In this document: positions 56,366 through 64,000 of the stretch, one piece after another
Layout: each line of letters opens with the position of its first letter
How positions within the stretch are numbered: the stretch's first letter is position 1
Source: Eubacteriales bacterium
GTDB lineage: Bacteria; Bacillota; Clostridia; Oscillospirales; CAG-272
Length of the DNA stretch: 64,000 bases
Reading direction: 5' to 3'
NCBI GenBank assembly: GCA_045612385.1
Contig: JAZKYZ010000064.1
Location: forward strand, 196 to 64,195
The notes under the pieces: generated by a model
What the model was told of the DNA's origin: nothing
Database searches by the model: none
The model's input: the letters and a program-made list of their open reading frames with translations, nothing else
Made by a program: the position numbers and the translations under genes

Positions 56366-57316
56366 ATGTTTTTGGACTATATTGTAACAGCCATCGCTCT
56401 CGGTATGACCTTCCTGTTTGGCTGTACCGGTGAGATTCTCACGGAAAAAGCAGGCCACTTGAATCTTGGTATTCCTGGAATTATGTGCATTGGTGGCGCT
56501 GCTGGTTGCTCAATGATAAAACTGATGTATAACACCTCAATGCCAGGTTTCTTTGTTGTTGTATTTGCGACGATTGCTGCCTTTGTGGGTGGCGCATTGA
56601 TGGGCGTTTTGTATTGCTTCCTCACCGTTACACTCAAAGCAAATCAGAATGTAACGGGTCTTGCCATGACAATATTCGGCGTAGGTCTTACGAAATATGT
56701 TATGGCGAATATGGCAGACGTTGCATATGAATATCTTTACGCACTTGACTATTTTCGTTTCCCCTTTGCAGAAAGCACGACAGCTTTTAAATATTGTGGT
56801 GTGCTTTTGTATGTGGGCATCATCATTGCGCTTCTTTCGGCGTTCGTTCTTTCTCGCACGAAGGTTGGATTGCACTTGCGTGCTGTTGGCGAAAACCCTG
56901 CAACGGCAGATGCCGTCGGTATCAATGTCACAAAATACAAGTATTTTGCCACAATGATAGGCAGTGGAATTGCAGCGCTTGGTGGAATCTATTACATTAT
57001 GGATTATGCTGGCTCCTTTGAGGCATATAAAACCATTGAAGCACTCGGCTGGCTCGCTGTTGCACTTGTTATTTTCACTCTTTGGAAGCCCCATATTTCG
57101 ATTGTTGGTTCCATTCTTTTTGGATTCCTCTACCTTGCAGGAACGAGAATTCCAACACTTCTCGGTATCAAACTTCCTATGAGCGCTACCCCACTTCTGA
57201 AAATGCTTCCTTACGTGGTTACGGTGATCGTTCTTGTCATTACCAGTGTTCAGAAAAAACGTGAAAATCAGCCTCCAGCAGCGCTCGGCTTACCTTATTT
57301 TCGCGAGGAAAGATAA
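56366..57316 (+). CDS. ABC permease (second subunit)
   Basis: Start abuts the upstream stop. Multi-TM protein with GHLNLGIPG. Confidence 0.85.
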   Translation: MFLDYIVTAIALGMTFLFGCTGEILTEKAGHLNLGIPGIMCIGGAAGCSMIKLMYNTSMPGFFVVVFATIAAFVGGALMGVLYCFLTVTLKANQNVTGLAMTIFGVGLTKYVMANMADVAYEYLYALDYFRFPFAESTTAFKYCGVLLYVGIIIALLSAFVLSRTKVGLHLRAVGENPATADAVGINVTKYKYFATMIGSGIAALGGIYYIMDYAGSFEAYKTIEALGWLAVALVIFTLWKPHISIVGSILFGFLYLAGTRIPTLLGIKLPMSATPLLKMLPYVVTVIVLVITSVQKKRENQPPAALGLPYFREER

Positions 57317-57337
57317 TTATTCATCCAAAACTATATA

Positions 57338-57384
57338 AAGCAAAAAAGCGTGTTTCCGTATGAGAAACACGCTTTTTTGCTTTT
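57338..57384. terminator. Bidirectional terminator between the permease and the Na/Pi symporter
   Basis: AAAGCAAAAAAGCGTGTTTC-CGTATGA-GAAACACGCTTTTTTGCTTT. Confidence 0.8.
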
Positions 57385-57409
57385 TTACAAACTATTGTTT
57401 ACGAAAAGA

Positions 57410-59092
57410 TTAAACTTTCAATTCTCTAATGGTCTTTGCCATATTGATAAAGTGGTCAGCAACACGTTCGGAGTTCGCGCAAAGAGAAAGATATTGCGCG
57501 CCGACGTCCGCCGTACATACGCCACGTCCCAGACGTTCGATATGGTTGTCTGCCATCTCGTTTGTCATATCGTCAATGCTTTCTTCGATTTCATCAGCTT
57601 CCGCCAAAATCTCAAGAGATTCCTCGATATATGCGCGAATGACCTTGTCATAAAGTTCGTCAATGCGTGCGCGCAAGGCGTTGATTTCTTCAATCGCCTC
57701 CTGAGAAAAGCCTTCTCCGTGCTCCATCATACGGTTGGCATATTCGATAATATTCTCAGCATAGTCACCGACACGCTCAAGGTCTGTTATTGTATGGAAT
57801 GCCGTAGAGAGGTAGGTATGGTCTTTATCTGCCATCGGTTCCTTGGAAAGCTTTACAATAAAGCGTACGAGTTCGCAGTTTAAGTAGTTTAAGAGTTTTT
57901 CATTTCTACGGAAAACTTCAATTTCATCATAGTTCATTGTGCATACGATATCGAATGCGCGATGGAGGTTTTCTAAAGCGACCTCAGCCATATTGATAAT
58001 TTCATTTTTCGTTTGAAGAACAGCAATCGGAGGGGTCTTGAGCATATGCTCGTCAATGAAGAAGAGATGAGGCGTATCCTCGTCTTGGTTATCGCCTTCT
58101 TTGGTGGGAATGATTTTGCAAACCAACTTTAAGAGCAGGTTGGTTAAGGGAAGCATAAGGATAACTGTTATACAGTTAAATACGGTGTGGAACATTGCGA
58201 GTTGCGTTTGAGGCGCATTGGGGAAGAGGTTGTTGAAAATCGTTCCATAGGTAATGTTTCCTCTTGTTGCAAGAGAAAGAATGCCACCAGCGCACATAAA
58301 CAAAACTACACCGGAAATGTTGAAAATCAAGTGGATAAGGGCCGTACGCTTTGCGTTTTTACCACTGGTAAGACCTGCGATAACGGCAACAACACACGAA
58401 CCGATATTGGAGCCCATTGTAAGGAAAATGCCTTGATCGAGGGAGATCAGTCCGGAAACAACCATTGCAATGGCAACTGAGGTCATAACGGACGAGGATT
58501 GAATGATGGCTGTAATGACAGCGCCCAGGATAACAAGAAGAATGGGATTGGAAATCATTGCGAGGAATTGACGAATCGACTCTACCTCTGCAAAACTTTC
58601 CATCGAGGAACTCATCAGCTCCAGACCGACAAACAACATACCAAAGCCGGTGAGAATACCACCGATTACCTTGACTTTGTCCTTCTTCACCATCATCATA
58701 AAGGCGCCAAGGCCAGCCATAGCAGAGAAGATGACTGTCGAACTAACGCTGTTTCCACCAGCAAAACCAAGCGCTACAATCTGACCCGTAATGGTGGTAC
58801 CAATATTTGCGCCATAGATGATTGTCGCAGCTTGTCCGAGCGTCATAATGCCCGCGTTTACAAAACCGATAACCATAACGGATGTTGCGCCCGAACTTTG
58901 AATGGCAGCCGTTGCTACCGTACCGATACCGACGCCGAGTAGTTTCGACTTCGAGGTTTTTGCGAACAGGGCTTTTAAACTTCCGGAACTGATGGATTCA
59001 AGGTTTGTGCTCATCATAGTGCACGCCACGAGGAAAATACCGATACCGGCAACGAGCGTGAGCAGAGCCTCAACAATTTGAATTGGTGTCAT
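57410..59092 (-). CDS. Na/Pi cotransporter family protein with C-terminal PhoU-like domains
   Basis: Duplicated QSSSAT/QSSSVMTS motifs and PhoU-like helical repeats at the C-terminus. Confidence 0.85.
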   Translation of the reverse strand: MTPIQIVEALLTLVAGIGIFLVACTMMSTNLESISSGSLKALFAKTSKSKLLGVGIGTVATAAIQSSGATSVMVIGFVNAGIMTLGQAATIIYGANIGTTITGQIVALGFAGGNSVSSTVIFSAMAGLGAFMMMVKKDKVKVIGGILTGFGMLFVGLELMSSSMESFAEVESIRQFLAMISNPILLVILGAVITAIIQSSSVMTSVAIAMVVSGLISLDQGIFLTMGSNIGSCVVAVIAGLTSGKNAKRTALIHLIFNISGVVLFMCAGGILSLATRGNITYGTIFNNLFPNAPQTQLAMFHTVFNCITVILMLPLTNLLLKLVCKIIPTKEGDNQDEDTPHLFFIDEHMLKTPPIAVLQTKNEIINMAEVALENLHRAFDIVCTMNYDEIEVFRRNEKLLNYLNCELVRFIVKLSKEPMADKDHTYLSTAFHTITDLERVGDYAENIIEYANRMMEHGEGFSQEAIEEINALRARIDELYDKVIRAYIEESLEILAEADEIEESIDDMTNEMADNHIERLGRGVCTADVGAQYLSLCANSERVADHFINMAKTIRELKV

Positions 59093-59321
59093 ATTTGAAC
59101 TCCTTTTGTTGTTTGCTAGATGTCATAGGATAAGAAAATACTCCTACCCCACCTATTTTATCTTATCACAAAATCCTCGTAAGGTCAAGAAAAAAATCCA
59201 ATCTTTTCTGTTTCTTTTCTAACTTCTAACTTTTTGCCCAAAACAATAGGAAAATTCATACAATTTATTATTTAAAAATGCATAAAAAAACGCTCCGAAA
59301 ATTTTTCGGAGCGCCCCTTGC

Positions 59322-60896
59322 TTATAGTAAAATGCAAATGAGACCGTTTGCACCCTCGTTGATAATCTTTCCAAGCGTTTCAGCAATTCTTTCCCTTGCA
59401 TCATCTGGCAAATGCTCAAGTTTTCCGGACAGAGCGTCCTTGCACAAATCATAAAGAGATTTGCCAAACATATTGCACTGGAATACTCGGCCATCGCCTT
59501 CCATATATTCTCCCTCTAAGTAACGAATCACCTCTTCTGCTTGCTCCTTCGTTCCGACTACGGGGGCAAACTCCGTAGCGATTGAGGTTCGAATCATATG
59601 AATGCAATCTGCTTTTGCGCCGATACGAACGCCATAACCACTTGCTGTTTTAGCAAGAGTAGGTTCCTCCAGCTCCATTGCCTGTGGCGAGGGCATTACA
59701 ATGCCATAGCCCGTGTCGTTGACACGTCCCCAAGCGAATTCCAGCCGATCGAATTGTGTTTTGATTCGCGCGTAATCACTCATTGCCCGAACCACATCTT
59801 CCTCGCTCTGAATCGACATTCCCGATAATTCGCTTAAGCATTCATAGTAGGTTTGCTTTGGAAGCGTTAAAGAAAATCTTGCTTCACCTGTGGTGGGACT
59901 GGAGGAAATGTGAGAAATATTCTCACTTGTCACGCTTGAAATATCCGAGAATTTTGACAAAGACTCTGCCACAGAGAAAATTTTTTCCATCACTCGTTTT
60001 GCAATATGGTGTGTGGTAGGCAGAAGTTTTAAGAAGGGTGGGACTTGGATGGCGATTTTCTTCAAAGGAAATTCACGCAAAATCAAATCCAAAATGGCTT
60101 CAATATCCTCGTTTTCCAGCATCATACAGCTTACCAGCGCGACGCTCACCCCGTAATCCTTTTCCATTTTGTATGCAAGCGTTCTCGCTTCTTCCTTTTC
60201 GGGCTCCTTAACATTAAGCACAATGGCAAAGGGGAGCTTGGCTTCCTTGAGCTTTGCTATCGCCTCACGCTCGCCCTTTTCATAGCTTTCACGAGGAATG
60301 CCTGTAAATGAGCCGTCGCTCGTCATTAAAATGCCGACCGTTGCGTGTTCACGAATCACCTTTTCCGTACCAATTCTCGCAGCCTGCGAAAAAGGGATTT
60401 CTTCTTCAAACCAGGGGGTTTTCACCAGACGGTCCTCTCCGTCCTCCTCCGTTCCAAGCGCTCCTTCTACCGGGAAACCAACGCAGTCAATCAGGCGCAT
60501 CGCAAGCGTTGTATTCTCGCCCACGCTCACCATTGCCGCCTCTTCAGGAACGAATTTAGGTTCCGTTGTCATAATCGTTCTGCCGGAGGAACTCTGTGGA
60601 ATCTGATCAATCACCCTTGCTCTTTCGTTTTCGTCTTCAAGTACAGGCACGACGGCCTTTTGCATAAATTGACGGATAAAGGTCGATTTTCCACTGCGAA
60701 CAGGACCGACCACGCCAATATACAGGTTGCCTCCGCTTCTTTTGGCAATTTGCGAATAAATTGAGTTTTCCCACTGTGCTCCAATGACCACTTGTTCGTC
60801 ACATTCTTCCATTTCGCTCTCGTTCCCGAGAACGTCCTCTTGCACCATAGGCGCAAGCACATCTTCCGTTTGTTCTGTTAAAATGTCGCTTGTCAT
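59322..60896 (-). CDS. spoIVA: Stage IV sporulation protein A
   Basis: NLYIGVVGPVRSGKSTFIRQFM (SpoIVA Walker A region). AAGGAAGGGG RBS precedes ATG 60896. Acidic ~50-aa N-terminal extension. Confidence 0.85.
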   Translation of the reverse strand: MTSDILTEQTEDVLAPMVQEDVLGNESEMEECDEQVVIGAQWENSIYSQIAKRSGGNLYIGVVGPVRSGKSTFIRQFMQKAVVPVLEDENERARVIDQIPQSSSGRTIMTTEPKFVPEEAAMVSVGENTTLAMRLIDCVGFPVEGALGTEEDGEDRLVKTPWFEEEIPFSQAARIGTEKVIREHATVGILMTSDGSFTGIPRESYEKGEREAIAKLKEAKLPFAIVLNVKEPEKEEARTLAYKMEKDYGVSVALVSCMMLENEDIEAILDLILREFPLKKIAIQVPPFLKLLPTTHHIAKRVMEKIFSVAESLSKFSDISSVTSENISHISSSPTTGEARFSLTLPKQTYYECLSELSGMSIQSEEDVVRAMSDYARIKTQFDRLEFAWGRVNDTGYGIVMPSPQAMELEEPTLAKTASGYGVRIGAKADCIHMIRTSIATEFAPVVGTKEQAEEVIRYLEGEYMEGDGRVFQCNMFGKSLYDLCKDALSGKLEHLPDDARERIAETLGKIINEGANGLICILL

Positions 60897-61030
60897 ACCG
60901 TTCCCCTTCCTTTGTGTTGGCAAGAGCGAAATCAACCCTCGCCCTTTCATTTGATGGTATGCAGGCTGATTGAAAATTATGACAAAGAAAAAAGTGGTAT
61001 CGACAAAAAAGTCAAAACCACTTTCCTTTT

Positions 61031-62701
61031 CTATGATTTTATTTTAGAGTAGAGAAGTGTTGCGATCTCACGCATCACATCCACATCTACCTTGATAAGC
61101 TCGCGATCGTAGGTTACCATACCGTTGGTTTCGTCCTCTACGTCAGAAAACTGCGTGAGTACTGTGGCGCAAAGGCCATCTTCAATGAGGGGGACTACCT
61201 CGTCCCGATAAAGTGCAAGAAGCGCATTTGTCAACGCTTTGACATCCGAGAAAATCTTGTATCCATAGTTGTCTTTGCCAAAGGTATGACCATCCATACG
61301 GAGCGAATAGCCACCGAATTCACTTATGACAAAGGGGAGGGGCTCTTTGTATCCCTTGTATGGCTTGTGCGAGAGTTTCTTGAAGTAGATGTGTCTGGAA
61401 TCCACATCACTTTCGTGGCGCAAAAACCATCCGGAGGTCGCATCATAAATTCGCGTGCCATCTGCCTCCTTGCAGATACGGTACATCTTGTCGGCGCAGA
61501 ATTGTCCCCAACCTTCGTTGAAAATCGTGTAATAAAGAAGGGACGGTACATTATAGAGATGTTCAATCATTCCAAGCGTGTGCGCACGGAACACCTCGCG
61601 CGATTTTTCATTTTTATGAAGCCTTGTGTCATTTTTGGATAGCTGTCCAATCGTGGGAAGTGCCGTATCAAAGAAAAATGAATAGTCAGAATTGTTCACA
61701 GCATCCTGAAATACCACAATGCCGTATTTGTCGCACAAATGATAGAAATTCAAGGGCTCAATTTTGATATGCTTGCGCAGGGTATTGAAGCCGAGCGACT
61801 TGACGAGGCGAATATCCTCTTCCATTCTCTCATAATTTTCAGGGAGGAAAATGCCGTCGTCAAAATACCCTTGATCGAGAAGCGCGTGGAAGAAATATGG
61901 CTCGCCGTTTAAGGTCAAACGTGGCATTCCACCGACGTTTTCGCTTTTGATTTCTCTGAGCGCAAAATAACTTTTTATCTCGTCCTCGCCCATTTTTGCC
62001 ACAAATTCATACAAATAGGGATTTTCAGGTGACCATAGGTGAATCTCCTTTGGCGAAATAAACACCCGACCCTCTACGGTGGTGTAAACCTCGCCACTAT
62101 CTAAGAGAACTTCTACCTCATTTGGAGCGTCAAATATAAGTTCAACCCCAGTCAAAGAAGGGGTCATTTTTACAGAACGAATATAGGAGGATGGCATAGC
62201 CTCAATCCACACCGTCTGCCAGATACCACTGACAGGCGTGTACCACATACCCCCGCGCTCACGTTTTTGCTTTCCCCAAGGATAGGTGTGGTCGAGATCG
62301 TCCCGTACCACGAGAGAAAGCGTGTTTTCCTCCTTGAGATAAGGAGCAATGTTAAAGGAGAAGGGAAGATATCCCCCTTCGTGCTTGCCAAGTTCCACGC
62401 CGTTCAGCGTGACATTCGCAATCTGGTCGACAGCTCCAAAATGCAAGAGAATCTCCCCACCACGTGAAAAATTTTCAGGAAGCGAAAATGTGGTTCGATA
62501 AAAGAGGATATCTCCAACGTCGACCGATATTTCAAGACCGCTTGCTCGGCTTTGTGGAGCGAAGGGAACAAGTATTTTTTTGTCATAAATAGGTGCTTTT
62601 ACATTTTTTCCAATGCCGAATTCCCATTCGCCATTAAGACAGAAAAAGGAGCTTCGACAAAATTGAGGACGTGGATAAATGTTCCAAGGAGTATGATTCA
62701 T
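61031..62701 (-). CDS. Glycoside hydrolase family 2 protein
   Basis: Sugar-binding, Ig-like and TIM-barrel order, with NTLRKH and FNEGWGQ motifs. Confidence 0.75.
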   Translation of the reverse strand: MNHTPWNIYPRPQFCRSSFFCLNGEWEFGIGKNVKAPIYDKKILVPFAPQSRASGLEISVDVGDILFYRTTFSLPENFSRGGEILLHFGAVDQIANVTLNGVELGKHEGGYLPFSFNIAPYLKEENTLSLVVRDDLDHTYPWGKQKRERGGMWYTPVSGIWQTVWIEAMPSSYIRSVKMTPSLTGVELIFDAPNEVEVLLDSGEVYTTVEGRVFISPKEIHLWSPENPYLYEFVAKMGEDEIKSYFALREIKSENVGGMPRLTLNGEPYFFHALLDQGYFDDGIFLPENYERMEEDIRLVKSLGFNTLRKHIKIEPLNFYHLCDKYGIVVFQDAVNNSDYSFFFDTALPTIGQLSKNDTRLHKNEKSREVFRAHTLGMIEHLYNVPSLLYYTIFNEGWGQFCADKMYRICKEADGTRIYDATSGWFLRHESDVDSRHIYFKKLSHKPYKGYKEPLPFVISEFGGYSLRMDGHTFGKDNYGYKIFSDVKALTNALLALYRDEVVPLIEDGLCATVLTQFSDVEDETNGMVTYDRELIKVDVDVMREIATLLYSKIKS

Positions 62702-62917
62702 TGGTTGCCTCCGATAAGCGTTGTCTAATTATTTTATCATATTATAAAGGAAAATACAAGTCTTTTTTCGATTGGGTGTCCATTTTTGTGAAATAGCACA
62801 AAAAACGAAGGGCCTTTTTGTGAAATATATTCTTTTAAAAAATAATAAAAGACCTTGAAAAAAAACTTCCTGTATGGTAAAATATATATATTATTTTTAA
62901 ATGGGAGTTTGGACGCT

Positions 62918-64000
62918 ATGATTCCACTTGGCTTTGATAACGAAAAATATCGCCGTTTGCAATCTGAGAAAATCAAAGAGAGAATTGCCAGCTTTGGAGG
63001 AAAACTTTACCTTGAACTTGGAGGAAAACTTTTTGATGATTTTCACGCCTCGCGTGTTCTGCCGGGTTTTGCTCCCGATAGTAAAATACGTATGCTCACC
63101 GAGCTGAAGGATGATGCAGAAATCATTATTTCTATCAATACGGGTGACATTGAAAAGAACAAGGTTCGAGGAGATCTTGGTATCACATATGACCTGGATG
63201 TCTTGCGCTTGATTGACGCCTTCCGTTCCGTCGGACTCTATGTCGGCTCTGTCGTTATGACACAGTATAAGGAGAGTTCGCAAGCGAACGCCTTTAAGGC
63301 GAAGTTGGAAGGACTGGGCATTCGTGTATATAAGCACTACGCAATCTCTGGTTATCCGTATAATGTTCCCTTGATTCTTTCGGAAGAAGGATTTGGCAAA
63401 AATGAATTTGCTGAAACCTCACGTTCTCTTATTATCGTTACTGCTCCTGGACCAGGCTCTGGTAAGATGGCGACCTGCCTTTCCCAGATTTATCACGAAA
63501 ATCGTCACGGTGTCAAAGCAGGGTATGCGAAGTTTGAAACCTTCCCTGTATGGAACCTCCCCCTCTCCCACCCGGTCAATCTCGCTTACGAGGCAGCCAC
63601 AGCCGATCTTGCTGACGTCAATATGATTGACCCCTTCCATCTGGAGGCATACGGTGTCCCCTCTGTTAACTATAATCGTGATGTAGAAGTTTTCCCCGTT
63701 CTTTCTACCATTTTGAAAAATATTCTTGGCGAAAGCCCCTATAAATCGCCTACCGATATGGGCGTCAATATGGTTGGGTATTGTATCACGGATGATGAGG
63801 TTGTTTCTGTTGCCTCTAAAAAGGAGATTATTCGCCGTTATTTCCATTCGCTCGTTGAGCGTAGAAAGGGAAATGCCTGTGACAATGCCATTCATAAGAT
63901 TGAACTTTTGATGCGTCAGCTTTCTATTACGGTGGATGACCTTCGCCCCTGCGTCCTCGCCTCGCTGGAAAGATCGGAGGAGACAGGCGCTCCTGCTGTT
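62918..64000 (+). CDS. DUF1846 (UPF0371) family protein, 3' end outside window
   Basis: Frame is open to the window end. [23 protein letters not shown]...[20 protein letters not shown]...[16 protein letters not shown] is the DUF1846 signature. Confidence 0.8.
   Translation, partial: MIPLGFDNEKYRRLQSEKIKERIASFGGKLYLELGGKLFDDFHASRVLPGFAPDSKIRMLTELKDDAEIIISINTGDIEKNKVRGDLGITYDLDVLRLIDAFRSVGLYVGSVVMTQYKESSQANAFKAKLEGLGIRVYKHYAISGYPYNVPLILSEEGFGKNEFAETSRSLIIVTAPGPGSGKMATCLSQIYHENRHGVKAGYAKFETFPVWNLPLSHPVNLAYEAATADLADVNMIDPFHLEAYGVPSVNYNRDVEVFPVLSTILKNILGESPYKSPTDMGVNMVGYCITDDEVVSVASKKEIIRRYFHSLVERRKGNACDNAIHKIELLMRQLSITVDDLRPCVLASLERSEETGAPAV

Noticed and set aside
57350-57883. 177-aa plus-strand ORF overlapping the 3' part of the Na/Pi symporter gene
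   Set aside because: It is antisense to the PhoU-like region of a well-supported gene, starts inside the bidirectional terminator, and has no RBS.

Overview
Chromosomal window from a low-GC, spore-forming Firmicute, probably a saccharolytic gut Clostridia member. Evidence: SpoIVA, a T-box upstream of tyrS, a purine riboswitch upstream of xpt, consensus sigma-A promoters, and GH88, GH2 and heparinase-like genes. Most of the window is ordinary housekeeping: rfbB 3' end, an amino-acid ABC operon, queG-like, argS, yebC, EamA and MATE exporters, uvrB-uvrA-nrdG-dut-threonine aldolase, tyrS, galM, xpt, a BMP-type nucleoside ABC operon, a Na/Pi symporter and spoIVA.

Four things are not ordinary.
1. 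All three tRNA genes (Arg-CCG, Leu-CAG, Lys-UUU) are monocistronic. Each is tied to tandem arrays of 125-170 bp units that re-use pieces of that specific tRNA, carry their own hairpin terminators, contain mutually exclusive hairpins, and share short motifs between loci.
2. A ~9.8 kb, visibly AT-richer island (16632-26497) is bounded by a perfect 22-bp direct repeat of the tRNA-Leu 3' end. It sits between tRNA-Leu and that tRNA's repeat array. It carries a large serine recombinase, several long GC-rich hairpins and GNRA-loop structures, a 2-TM protein, and an 1831-aa repeat-rich surface lipoprotein with an attenuator-like leader.
3. There is a multiply disrupted about 640-codon gene, a 5'-truncated XRE regulator, and a ~260 bp dispersed intergenic repeat present twice.
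4. Several unusual domain or gene combinations occur: cytidylate-kinase-like fused to a ParB/Srx-like domain, a paralogous small-protein pair, DUF4177-like coupled to an extended YidD, an SPFH/zinc-ribbon/TPM module, and a dNMP-kinase-like gene coupled to a heparinase-like gene.

All calls come from reading the sequence and the ORF translations. No database search was run.
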